DNA of 64,000 nt from positions 80,280 through 144,279 of the forward strand of contig CAZNOF010000003.1 in assembly GCA_964574595.1 (NCBI GenBank), written 5' to 3'. Position numbers and translations under genes: made by a program. The stretch comes from an uncultured Pseudomonadales bacterium (lineage in GTDB: Bacteria > Patescibacteriota > Microgenomatia > UBA1400 > PJMF01). Positions 45,852 through 54,948 of this stretch are shown piece by piece (position 1 is the first letter of the stretch; every line of letters begins with the position of its first letter). Under the pieces are notes generated by a model. That model did not search any database, was not told the origin of the DNA, and saw nothing but the letters and a program-made list of their open reading frames with translations.

Positions 45852-47558
45852 ATGGAAAACCCTTCTGTCTCAACAATTTGGTCGCATGTTTGCTCCGTTT
45901 TACAAGCAAATTTAAGTCCATCAGCCTACAACACATGGATTGTCTCCAATCCATTAACCGATTTCCGCTTAATTGGCGATGACAGAGCCATTGGCGTTAT
46001 CACTAGCCCCACAGCCTTCCACTCAACCAACATTGAAAAGAACTTTTATGCCCAAATCAAAGAGGTCCTAGATCAAGTAACCGGCCGAAACTCTGAATTA
46101 CAGTTTCGGGTTGGGGTCATCTCTGCCCAACCGGCTTCCCCCATAAACCAGCCGTCTCAGCAACCGATGCAGCCAACAACTCTGCAACAACCAGCCGCTT
46201 CTCCATTCCAGCCTCCGACTTTTGGCTCACAACCGGCAGATACCATTCAAGATCAATTTCAGTCATTTTCTTCACCAAATCTTTCCGAGGGAGAAACGGC
46301 TTCTGCTGAGTATCATGCGGCACCAGCTAAAACAGACTCCCCTCTTAGTCAATCAATTAGCTCAGTGCAAGAACGATTACGGGCGATGGCAGAGCGACCA
46401 CAACCAAGGCAAGAGTCGCCAGCCAATTTAAAAATGGTCGGTCAGAACAGCTCACCAGGTGACCTCTTCTCCCCTGCTACGATTCAGACAATGTCTATAG
46501 ATCGAGCAAGAAGCCAGGCTCAACGAGCAGGTTTACGACTCGATTACACTTTTGACACCTTTGCTGTTTCGACTACGAATGAAATGGCTCATGCCGCAGC
46601 TATGGCTGTTTCAACCCAGCCTGGAACTGCCTATAATCCCCTCTTTATTTATGGAGGCGTCGGAGTGGGAAAAACGCACTTAATGCACGCAGTGGGAAAC
46701 AATATTCTTAAAAATAATCCTGATGTAAAGCTCCTTTACTGCACCGGAGAAGATTTCACCAATGAAATTGTCAATGCCATTCAAACCAAGCGAGCCATGC
46801 TCTTTAAGGAAAAGTTCCGGACAGTGGACATTCTCTTAATTGACGATGTTCAGTTCATTGCCGGTAAAAATACGGTTCAGGAAGAGTTCTTTCACACATT
46901 TAACACCGTCACCAAACGCTTTGGCCAGGTCATTTTAACGTCAGATCGCCCACCTCAAGAGATTGCTTTACTTGAGGACCGAATCAGATCCCGTTTTGAG
47001 GCGGGATTAATGGTCGATATTCAACAACCGTCCTTTGAATTACGAACAGCCATCGTGTTAATTAAAGCAAATTCCTATCAATTTACGATTCCGATGAACT
47101 TAGCACAAATTATTGCCTCAAAGGTAGATAGTGCTCGGAAAATTGAGGGCTTAATGAAGAGTATTAAGTCAGAAGTGGAACTAAAACATCGCGAGATTTC
47201 TCTCGAGTTAATTGAAGACGTTCTTAAGATTGATAATGACACGAAGACTACAAAACGGTTACGCGTCAAACCCTACGATTTAATTAAGACAGTGGCTGAC
47301 TATTACCACATTAAGCAGGTAGCAATCAGAGGTAAGCAACGAGTCAAGGCGATTGTCCGAGCCAGGCATGTAGCCATGTATTTTATGAAAGAGGAACTCA
47401 ATCTACCGTATATGGAAATTGGACGCTGGTTCTCTAATAGAGATCATACGAGTGCCATGCACGCCCTCAAAAAGATCCACGAAGAGGTCACCCAAGACGA
47501 CGACTTGAGACGAGAAGTAAACGAGATACGGGACATGTTATTAAAGATCTCGAGGTAA
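45852..47558 (+). CDS. dnaA: Chromosomal replication initiator protein DnaA, with a ~110-aa Q/P-rich linker insertion
   Basis: The AAA+ Walker A is GGVGVGKTHLMHAVGN and Walker B is LLIDDVQFIAGK. Domain IV, RARHVAMYFMKEELNLPYMEIGRWFSNRDHTSAMHA, is the DnaA signature. Confidence 0.9.
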   Translation: MENPSVSTIWSHVCSVLQANLSPSAYNTWIVSNPLTDFRLIGDDRAIGVITSPTAFHSTNIEKNFYAQIKEVLDQVTGRNSELQFRVGVISAQPASPINQPSQQPMQPTTLQQPAASPFQPPTFGSQPADTIQDQFQSFSSPNLSEGETASAEYHAAPAKTDSPLSQSISSVQERLRAMAERPQPRQESPANLKMVGQNSSPGDLFSPATIQTMSIDRARSQAQRAGLRLDYTFDTFAVSTTNEMAHAAAMAVSTQPGTAYNPLFIYGGVGVGKTHLMHAVGNNILKNNPDVKLLYCTGEDFTNEIVNAIQTKRAMLFKEKFRTVDILLIDDVQFIAGKNTVQEEFFHTFNTVTKRFGQVILTSDRPPQEIALLEDRIRSRFEAGLMVDIQQPSFELRTAIVLIKANSYQFTIPMNLAQIIASKVDSARKIEGLMKSIKSEVELKHREISLELIEDVLKIDNDTKTTKRLRVKPYDLIKTVADYYHIKQVAIRGKQRVKAIVRARHVAMYFMKEELNLPYMEIGRWFSNRDHTSAMHALKKIHEEVTQDDDLRREVNEIRDMLLKISR

Positions 47559-47587
47559 ATTACTAGTTTGTAACAGTTATGCACAAT

Positions 47588-47596
47588 TGTGGATAA
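47588..47596 (+). promoter_or_regulatory. Perfect DnaA box TGTGGATAA immediately downstream of dnaA (oriC candidate region 47559-47869)
   Basis: It is an exact consensus 9-mer. It sits in an AT-rich 311-bp dnaA-dnaN intergenic region with additional degenerate boxes (47633-47641 aGTGTATAA; 47778-47786 TTATACACc) and an AT-rich tract at about 47795-47840. Confidence 0.6.
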
Positions 47597-47869
47597 CTTT
47601 GTTGAAAAGTATGAGCGTTATATTTGCAGAAAAGTGTATAAGTAAGCTACTTTCAAAAACAACGTGACTTTATTCACTTTTCAACACTGTTATTAACAAG
47701 TTAGGCAGAAGTTTTAAGTCACTCGTTAACGCAAAAAAGAACCGAAAATGCTTGAGTAGTTTTAAAAGTTATTCAACTTATACACCGCCTAATACTACTG
47801 TTACTATTTTTATTATCTATCTATATACAGTAATATTAGTCAAAGAGAATTCTCTTTAGTTAGGCAGCT

Positions 47870-48979
47870 ATGAACATCACTATCCTTCATGAGAATTTGC
47901 AGAGAGTAATTCAAGATTTACAGAAAAGTATTCCCTCTCGTCCTAGTTTACCAATCCTTTCCTGCATATTAATCCAAGCTGAACAATCAGGGAAAATTCT
48001 CTTTTCTGCAACGGATTTAAGTGTTGGTATCACCGCTTCTATTCAAGGTGAAGTAACTCAAGAAGGTAAAGTTGCCGTTCCGGCTAAAGTATTTATTGAT
48101 TTTATTAATTCTTTGCCAGCCGGAAAAATCACTCTTCAAGTAGAAAATCAGACTATGAAGATTCTTTCTGAAGGAGCGACTGCCGAAATTCAATGTCTTT
48201 CCGCAGCAGATTACCCATCCTTTCCAGCAAAAGAAGGTTTTGATCTGGAACTTCCTTTAGAAACATTTACTACCGCTATTCAAAATACGGCTTTTGCGGC
48301 CTCTCTTGATGAAGCTCGACCTATTTTTACGGCCGTGTTGTTAACTGCTAAAGAGAAACAAGACTTGCAAGTCATTGCGACTGATGGTTACCGATTAGCC
48401 ACATTAGAAATCCCCTACTCTGCTCAACCCTTCAACTTGCTTATTCCTTCAAAAGGGTTGCAAGAAGTGGTTCGTGTGGCATTGAGAAAGAAAGAAGAGA
48501 AAATCCTTTTTACGGTCTCTGAGAAGCTTAAGCAAGCCTTTTTTTCCTTTGGTGAGGTTGAGATTTTGGTCCGTGTCATGGAAGGTGAGTTCCCACCCTA
48601 TCAGAAAATTATTCCGGCTGGTTTTACCACTCAACTGACTTTTGACGGCAATGAGTTTAGTCAAAAGTTAAAGACAGCTCTTATTTTTGCTAGAGAGTCT
48701 GCTGGTATTGTCCGTTTGAAAATTGAACAAGATCAATTAAAACTCATTTCAGCTTCCTCCTCTATAGGTCATCAAGAGAGCTCTGTCAGAATTCAATTAA
48801 TTGCTGGTGGAGATCAAGAAATTGCTTTTAACGCCAAATACTTAAGTGAGTTTTTATCTGTTGTGAAACCAGATCAAGTCTGGTTCGGTATGAATGAATC
48901 ACTCAAGCCGGCACTGTTTAGGCCCGCTGGGATGGAAAATTATCGGTATATTGTTATGCCATTTAGAGTGAATCAATAA
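47870..48979 (+). CDS. dnaN: DNA polymerase III beta subunit (sliding clamp)
   Basis: The ORF is 369 aa with the MNITILHENLQRVIQDL N-terminus and a three-domain clamp architecture. It is located directly after dnaA. Confidence 0.85.
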   Translation: MNITILHENLQRVIQDLQKSIPSRPSLPILSCILIQAEQSGKILFSATDLSVGITASIQGEVTQEGKVAVPAKVFIDFINSLPAGKITLQVENQTMKILSEGATAEIQCLSAADYPSFPAKEGFDLELPLETFTTAIQNTAFAASLDEARPIFTAVLLTAKEKQDLQVIATDGYRLATLEIPYSAQPFNLLIPSKGLQEVVRVALRKKEEKILFTVSEKLKQAFFSFGEVEILVRVMEGEFPPYQKIIPAGFTTQLTFDGNEFSQKLKTALIFARESAGIVRLKIEQDQLKLISASSSIGHQESSVRIQLIAGGDQEIAFNAKYLSEFLSVVKPDQVWFGMNESLKPALFRPAGMENYRYIVMPFRVNQ

Positions 48980-49063
48980 ATGACTCTGATACATCTGCTA
49001 GATTAATCCCCAAACATTGTGTACAATACACTCCTTCAACTGAAGTAGTAATTCGGAGTATTT

Positions 49064-49216
49064 ATGACCAAAGGTACCTGGCAACCAAAAAAATTAAAAC
49101 GCATGCGCAAACATGGATTCTTAAAAAGAATGATGACTCGTGCAGGCAAATTAGTTTTAAAAAGACGTCGAGCAAAGGGTCGTGCCCGCTTGACAGTATT
49201 GCGTAAAGCAGTCTAA
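49064..49216 (+). CDS. rpmH: 50S ribosomal protein L34
   Basis: This 50-aa ORF is not in the ORF track. It translates to [50 protein letters not shown], matching the L34 consensus (TFQPS.LKR.R.HGFR.RM.T..G..VL.RRRAKGR.RLTV). Confidence 0.85.
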   Translation: MTKGTWQPKKLKRMRKHGFLKRMMTRAGKLVLKRRRAKGRARLTVLRKAV

Positions 49217-49225
49217 AGTCGGATC

Positions 49226-49546
49226 ATGCTGCCACTAAAGCATCGCTTGATGCTCCGTCACTTTCCTACGTTTTTTTCTCATTCAAAAAAGCTGTACTCC
49301 CCTCTTTATACCGTCTTTTATCAGAAAACTGATCAAGCTGTGAGTACTGGAGCTGTGGTTGTGCCCAAGAAAGTTGTCGCCAAGTCAGCATATCGAAATA
49401 AACTTAAGAGACAAACCCTTGAGGTCCTCTACTCTTTTCTGAAAGCTTCTCCCCATATTCGCATTGCTATCCGTGTTAAAAAACCGCTGACAAAAGAAGA
49501 ACTTAGTATCCTTGCAACTGATTTGCGTGGAATTCAAATTGATTAG
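49226..49546 (+). CDS. rnpA: Ribonuclease P protein component
   Basis: The basic 106-aa protein lies directly after rpmH. The YRNKLKRQ motif is RNR(L/I)KR-like. Confidence 0.75.
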   Translation: MLPLKHRLMLRHFPTFFSHSKKLYSPLYTVFYQKTDQAVSTGAVVVPKKVVAKSAYRNKLKRQTLEVLYSFLKASPHIRIAIRVKKPLTKEELSILATDLRGIQID

Positions 49547-49564
49547 CTGATTAGCAAGACTCTT

Positions 49565-49771
49565 ATGAAATGGCTGACTGTTTTACTCATTAGGTTTTAT
49601 CAAGTTATATTAAGTCCGATTATTCGCGTGGTGATTGTTTCTATTTTTGGGGTTCAAATGACTTGTAAATCGGTTCCTACATGCAGCGAATATACGGTTC
49701 TCCAGGTACAAAAGCATGGTACAATCATCGGACTGAAAAAAGGTTTGACTCGCATCCTTGCTTGTCATTAA
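49565..49771 (+). CDS. yidD: Membrane protein insertion efficiency factor YidD (short form)
   Basis: The CKSVPTCSEY motif (CxxxPTCSxY) is present. It lies between rnpA and yidC. Confidence 0.7.
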   Translation: MKWLTVLLIRFYQVILSPIIRVVIVSIFGVQMTCKSVPTCSEYTVLQVQKHGTIIGLKKGLTRILACH

Positions 49772-49779
49772 AAGAACGT

Positions 49780-50559
49780 ATGCAACTATTCACCCAAGCT
49801 CTATTAACCGTACTTGTTCAGTTTCATAACCTTACCGGTAATCTGGGATTTGCAATTTTACTGTTCACTTTTGTGGTTAGATCATTGCTACTCCCCCTCT
49901 CTCTTCCGTCAATTAAAGCTCAAAAGAAAATTAAAGAGCTAAAACCTCATTTAGATGCGCTTAAATCGAAACACGGCTCAGATAAAAAAGCCCTTCAGGT
50001 CGCACAAATGGAGCTTTATAAAAAACATAATGTCAATCCTCTGAATGGCTGTTTGCCTCAAATTGTCCAGATTGGATTACTCTTTCTGCTCTACCCCATC
50101 TTAAGTAATTTCGTCACTCAAGGACAAGTGAACGGCGTTTTAATTAATGCCAAGTTTTTCTGGTTGGATTTAAGTAAGCCAGATCCAATCTACATCCTCC
50201 CTATCCTAGCTGTCGTAACTCAGTTAATTATGTCTGTCATGATCTTGCCTGGTGGCGAAACACCAGACATCATTCCAAATGATAGTAAGAAAAAAGCCAT
50301 TAAAGAAGCAAATAAAAAAGAAGAAGATATGGCTGATATGGCAGCTACGATGCAGAAGCAAATGTTGTTCTTAATGCCTCTGACAACAGGATTCATTGCT
50401 TTGAAACTTTCCTCTGGATTAGCACTATATTGGGTTGCTACAACCGTCTTTAGTATCTTTCAACAGTATTTCTTATCTGGACCGGGCGGATTAACCATCT
50501 ATACAACCAGAATTAAAGACTACATTAGTTCTAGAATATTGCACCCGAAGACAAAATGA
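49780..50559 (+). CDS. yidC: Membrane protein insertase YidC/Oxa1 (short Gram-positive-type)
   Basis: The start was chosen at the ATG at 49780 (MQLFTQALL...); the ORF-track start at 49681 overlaps yidD. The conserved TM cores are present (LPLSLPSIKAQKKIKELKP; GCLPQIVQIGLLFLLY). Confidence 0.8.
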   Translation: MQLFTQALLTVLVQFHNLTGNLGFAILLFTFVVRSLLLPLSLPSIKAQKKIKELKPHLDALKSKHGSDKKALQVAQMELYKKHNVNPLNGCLPQIVQIGLLFLLYPILSNFVTQGQVNGVLINAKFFWLDLSKPDPIYILPILAVVTQLIMSVMILPGGETPDIIPNDSKKKAIKEANKKEEDMADMAATMQKQMLFLMPLTTGFIALKLSSGLALYWVATTVFSIFQQYFLSGPGGLTIYTTRIKDYISSRILHPKTK

Positions 50560-50687
50560 AATCTTTATGAACTTGCATGTGAATCCGGTATTTAGATTGA
50601 TACACTTTATACACACTTTTGATACACGATTTGTGTATTAGATCGAGAAAATAAAAAAATACTTTTTAAAGAAAAAGGAACAAAATT

Positions 50688-51221
50688 ATGAACGTTACCG
50701 ACTTTATAACCCGAATGTTAGCTCACTTAGGTGTGGAAAACTCCGAGGTAAATGTGACCGAGGATGACCAATATATTCAAATCCAGATTAAGGTCTCAGA
50801 AGAGGAGTCTGGTTTGCTGATTGGATACCATGGCGAAACATTAGCAGCCTTACAACGATTAACTCAGCTATCCCAGAGAGAATCAACAGAGAAGAAGATT
50901 GTTTTAAATATCAATGACTACAAGCAACACCGAGAAGAACAACTCAAAGAGATGACTATTCGAATTGCTGAAAGAGTTCTCGAGACAAAACAATCCTACG
51001 TCTTTCCATTTTTGCCAGCCAATGAGCGATTAGTTGTGCACAGTACCTTGTCTGAAATGCCAGAATTTTCCGAATTGGAAAGTATCTCAACAGGCGAGGG
51101 GAGTAGTCGCCGATTAGAAATCAGAGTAAAAAGTGGTGACGCCGCTGAAGTTGCTGAAGAGGTCATGAATCAAGAAGAAGTTGAGCCAGAAGCTTCTGAA
51201 ACTGAAGCAGAAAACGCGTAA
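50688..51221 (+). CDS. jag: Jag/KhpB-like RNA-binding protein (KH + R3H domains)
   Basis: The N-domain and KH region (GLLIGYHGETLAALQRL) are followed by an R3H-like FPFLPANERLVVHSTL. It lies after yidC as in the canonical rpmH-rnpA-yidC-jag cluster. Confidence 0.7.
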   Translation: MNVTDFITRMLAHLGVENSEVNVTEDDQYIQIQIKVSEEESGLLIGYHGETLAALQRLTQLSQRESTEKKIVLNINDYKQHREEQLKEMTIRIAERVLETKQSYVFPFLPANERLVVHSTLSEMPEFSELESISTGEGSSRRLEIRVKSGDAAEVAEEVMNQEEVEPEASETEAENA

Positions 51222-51224
51222 TTT

Positions 51225-51653
51225 ATGCACTTGGTCATTCATACAGATGGTGGTGCTCGTGGAAATCCAGGTCCAGCCGGAATTGGGATCGTTTTCTTAG
51301 CAGACGGAAAAGATGACGTTGTCTTGTACGAAGAAGGTCAGTTTATTGGCGATGGCAAGACCAACAATGAGGCAGAGTACACTGCTTTTTATACCTCAGC
51401 TCAAGTATTACAAAAGAATATTTCCACCTGGAATCCAACATCAATCGAGTGGCAACTGGATTCAAAGTTAGTGGTAGAGCAGCTGAATCGAAAATGGAAA
51501 ATTAAAGAACCAAGAATGCAGCAATTTGCTAAAGACATTTGGCAAGTATTAGCTACTCTACAAGTGCCTTATAAAATTGCTCATATTCCTCGAGAACTGA
51601 ACTCCGCTGCTGATGCGCTTTACAACCAAGCTCTAGATGCTCAACTGAGTTAA
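51225..51653 (+). CDS. RNase H-like family protein (RNase HI-like / reverse-transcriptase-like RNase H fold)
   Basis: HTDGGARGNPGPAGIGIV and the spacing of a later D/E match the small bacterial RNase H family. Confidence 0.6.
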   Translation: MHLVIHTDGGARGNPGPAGIGIVFLADGKDDVVLYEEGQFIGDGKTNNEAEYTAFYTSAQVLQKNISTWNPTSIEWQLDSKLVVEQLNRKWKIKEPRMQQFAKDIWQVLATLQVPYKIAHIPRELNSAADALYNQALDAQLS

Positions 51654-51681
51654 TTCATGATACGATTATTGGCAACTGCCA

Positions 51682-54600
51682 ATGACTGCCTATTTTACCG
51701 AGACTACCGACGAAAAGCCTCAAGTTTTGTTGATTACCCAACAAGGCAGTTTTCCTACCGCATTTACCGCTGAAGTTCATAAAAAGAAAATGGACGTGGT
51801 CTTTGTCGATGCCAATTCGTTTGGTGCTCCAGATCAGTCAGAACTCCTAAGGAAGTTAGATTCCGCTTATTTTTACAAAATTTTCTGGTGGTGGGGAGAA
51901 CTAGGAGAAGCACCTCAAGCAGCTTCTCAAATAATCGAGTTTTTACTCAAGAGAATTGAACCTGTTACTGTAGGTGCGTCATCCCTTCAGCCATTCACAG
52001 CCAATCAAACAGAATTTTCACATTGGCAGCGCATATTTGAGCTCCAGAGAAGAAATTTTTCGTATTTACAGCAGTATTTGCCGAACGCCAATCTCTTACT
52101 AACTGGCAGTTTAGTGGGGGAGAGGGAAGACTTTGTGACTCGGTTAATCTATGCGCAGCTGACTGAACCACAGCCAATTTTTCCAGCCACGCTCTTTTCT
52201 GTTTCGACTCGAACAGAGGCTATTACCAAGATTGTGCCCTTCCTATTTCAGCCTGCGAGAGAAAAACTCGAGATTTTCCTGCAGGGAACGCTTATCCCAT
52301 CAAGTAAAGTATTAGAGTCATTCCAAGTTAAAAATGCGATTCCGGTTCAAGTCTTAGACGTTGTTAGACAAACTGATTTCTTAGAAGAAATGACGGTCAT
52401 TCGTTTGGATACGCCAGCAGGGGAGAAAGAGCTGCTAAATGAGGTGAAGCAGTGGAAAATTGAAGTCCCAGTTGTTAAACCTCAAGAGCCTGCACCACAG
52501 CGCAATCAAGAAGTAGCTCAGCCGGCCGAAGTTTTTGCCAAGGTTGAACAAGTTGCTCAAGCCCCGGCTAAAAAAGAAGCTGAGAAAAAGAATATTCCTC
52601 GTACCCCTAAATCTGATTTATTGAAGAATCCGCTGAAGAGAAAACCCAAGGCAAAAGTGCCAATCGTGCCAATTTCACCACCTGTGCCACCAGTTTGGTA
52701 CCCAGAACTTGATCAACAATTAGAAATTTTGATCAAGAAACAAAAGCCGAGAGTCGTAGCCATCTTTCCACCCGTAATTGAAAATCGTTTAAAACGATAC
52801 GAGCTACTCGTTAAACAAAAGTTTGAACAGCAGAAATTAAAGGCTTACTTGCCCAAGAATGGGGCGCAAATTACTGTTTCTCAAGACTCTTATGAAGTTT
52901 CTGTACAAGATAAAGCAGCTCACTCTGAGAAATCGGTAAAGGAGCTAGATTCACAAATTGTTCGAATTTTTGGAGAGCAGCGTCAAGCCATACGCCAATC
53001 ATCTCAAACAGTCACTGTTCAGCAGGTTGAAAAAGTGGCTACCAAGACGCATCGTCAAACAAAATTTATTTTCCTACTCGGTATTAGCATGAGCGTACTG
53101 ATTTTTGCGGGGTTGTTGTCTGGCGGGTTTTTTGTCAATAAATATCTCCTAGAAAACTCACTCTACTCATTGATCTCAAACAAGACTTACTCGGCAAGTG
53201 AAAAACAGAATCGAGCATTGCGTTTGAATGCGTTTGCGAGTGCTTTTTCGCTGCAAACTGATGTCTGGCAGTCCATTTTAGGCAAAGATCGTCTGAAATA
53301 CTCAGCTACCCTGGCTGAAGTTGGTAAAGAGGCGGCCAGTAGTATTTCTCTAGATACGGATATTTTGCAGCTCAGTAAAGAACTTTGGCAGCAGACCATG
53401 GTGGCGAATGGCTCCAGCTCTGGCAACCCATTGCCTACTGTTGTTACTTTGGCAGGCAAAACTGAAGAAGCTTACAAAAAATTGTCTTTAATTCAAGCCA
53501 AGATTCAGAATCTTGAAGAAGATGGCAGTGTAGACACCAATAAACAGCTCGTCCAGTTTAACGACCAAATTCAGGAGCGTAGGAAGGTCTTAGCGGTAAG
53601 TCAACAGTTTGAGCAGATGTTGCCGTTTTTAATGGGTCAAGGAGCCCGGAGAACGTATTTAGTTGTCCTACAGAACAACCTAGAATTAAGAGCTACTGGG
53701 GGAGTCGTTCAGGCGGCTGCTTTAATCACTTTTGATAATGGCGTTTTAACGAATACTCAAGTCATCAACGTGCCTGAAATTGACCAAAAATTCCCTGGAC
53801 AAGTGGCTCCACCAGCTGATCTTCAGTCGCTCCTTGGTCAAAAGAAGTGGTCAATGCGCGATGCTAACTGGAGTGCCAACTTCCCAACTGCGGCTCAACA
53901 AATGACTACTTTCGTCGAGAAAAGCTTAGGAAAACAGGTGGATGGTGTGATTGGGCTAAACTTGATTAGTTTGCGGGAACTGATTAAAGCAACGGGTCCA
54001 ATTAGCTTGCCAGAATATCAAGAAGTGGTGACGGATAAAAACGTTTTTGAGAAGGTTGAGTTTCACTCTGAGCTGGCCGTCGTTCCAACCGCCAATCCAG
54101 ACTACTTGACCGTGTTACTGAACAAACAACTGTCTCAACTTTCACAACTCCCAGCCGAGAAAACACCACAATTGATTGACGCTTTGTATAACTCGTTGAA
54201 AGCTGATCAGATTAATATCTGGTCGACTGATCAAGGTGTTGCATCTACGCTGGATAGCGTGGGGTGGAGTGGAGCAGTGTTAACGCCGAATTGTCCAACA
54301 CAGTTCACTGACGATAATGAAAAATGTGTGGTCGACTCCGTCTTCCAAGTAGATTCAAATATTGGCATTAATCGAGCCAACTTCTTCATTGATCGATCTA
54401 TCCAACATCAAGTGCAAGTTTCTCCGGCCAAGGCTACTCACCTGCGTTTAATTACTTATAAAAACACCGCTCAGTCTAATTCTTGGCCAGCCGGGGCGTA
54501 TAAAAATTACGTTCGATTCTATTTGCCAACTAAAGCTGACAATTTTACGGTAGCGATTAATGATGAGGCTTTAAACCCAACTCAGATCATGCAATTCGCT

Positions 54601-54888
54601 GAGGGAAACAAAAAAGTAGTGGGCTTTATGATTGATGTGCCAATTCAGCAAACAGTGACCGTGAAGTTCCAATACGATGAGCCAGTGGCGTTAACCGCCC
54701 CATTTGCCTACACCTTCTTTGATCAAAAACAATCTGGTACAGAAGCAGATCCTGTCCAAATTGACGTCATTCCTGACACGAATTTGAAACCGGTGTATAT
54801 CGCGCCTCAAGCCACTATTAACGATGGGTTAATTCGATTTAGTAACACCCAAGACAAGCATCTTTTCGTTGGCATCAAGTTACGTTGA
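51682..54888 (+). CDS. Large (1068 aa) single-TM envelope protein with DUF4012-like C-terminal region
   Basis: It has an N-terminal cytoplasmic domain, a Q/P-rich linker and a central TM (FIFLLGISMSVLIFAGLL). The extracytoplasmic domain contains YLVVLQNNLELRATGGVVQAA, which resembles the DUF4012 signature. Confidence 0.45.
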   Translation: MTAYFTETTDEKPQVLLITQQGSFPTAFTAEVHKKKMDVVFVDANSFGAPDQSELLRKLDSAYFYKIFWWWGELGEAPQAASQIIEFLLKRIEPVTVGASSLQPFTANQTEFSHWQRIFELQRRNFSYLQQYLPNANLLLTGSLVGEREDFVTRLIYAQLTEPQPIFPATLFSVSTRTEAITKIVPFLFQPAREKLEIFLQGTLIPSSKVLESFQVKNAIPVQVLDVVRQTDFLEEMTVIRLDTPAGEKELLNEVKQWKIEVPVVKPQEPAPQRNQEVAQPAEVFAKVEQVAQAPAKKEAEKKNIPRTPKSDLLKNPLKRKPKAKVPIVPISPPVPPVWYPELDQQLEILIKKQKPRVVAIFPPVIENRLKRYELLVKQKFEQQKLKAYLPKNGAQITVSQDSYEVSVQDKAAHSEKSVKELDSQIVRIFGEQRQAIRQSSQTVTVQQVEKVATKTHRQTKFIFLLGISMSVLIFAGLLSGGFFVNKYLLENSLYSLISNKTYSASEKQNRALRLNAFASAFSLQTDVWQSILGKDRLKYSATLAEVGKEAASSISLDTDILQLSKELWQQTMVANGSSSGNPLPTVVTLAGKTEEAYKKLSLIQAKIQNLEEDGSVDTNKQLVQFNDQIQERRKVLAVSQQFEQMLPFLMGQGARRTYLVVLQNNLELRATGGVVQAAALITFDNGVLTNTQVINVPEIDQKFPGQVAPPADLQSLLGQKKWSMRDANWSANFPTAAQQMTTFVEKSLGKQVDGVIGLNLISLRELIKATGPISLPEYQEVVTDKNVFEKVEFHSELAVVPTANPDYLTVLLNKQLSQLSQLPAEKTPQLIDALYNSLKADQINIWSTDQGVASTLDSVGWSGAVLTPNCPTQFTDDNEKCVVDSVFQVDSNIGINRANFFIDRSIQHQVQVSPAKATHLRLITYKNTAQSNSWPAGAYKNYVRFYLPTKADNFTVAINDEALNPTQIMQFAEGNKKVVGFMIDVPIQQTVTVKFQYDEPVALTAPFAYTFFDQKQSGTEADPVQIDVIPDTNLKPVYIAPQATINDGLIRFSNTQDKHLFVGIKLR

Positions 54889-54948
54889 AATTTCATGGTA
54901 CAATACTCAGATTCGTTTAACTAATGTATTAGAGGAGTGTTATTACCT

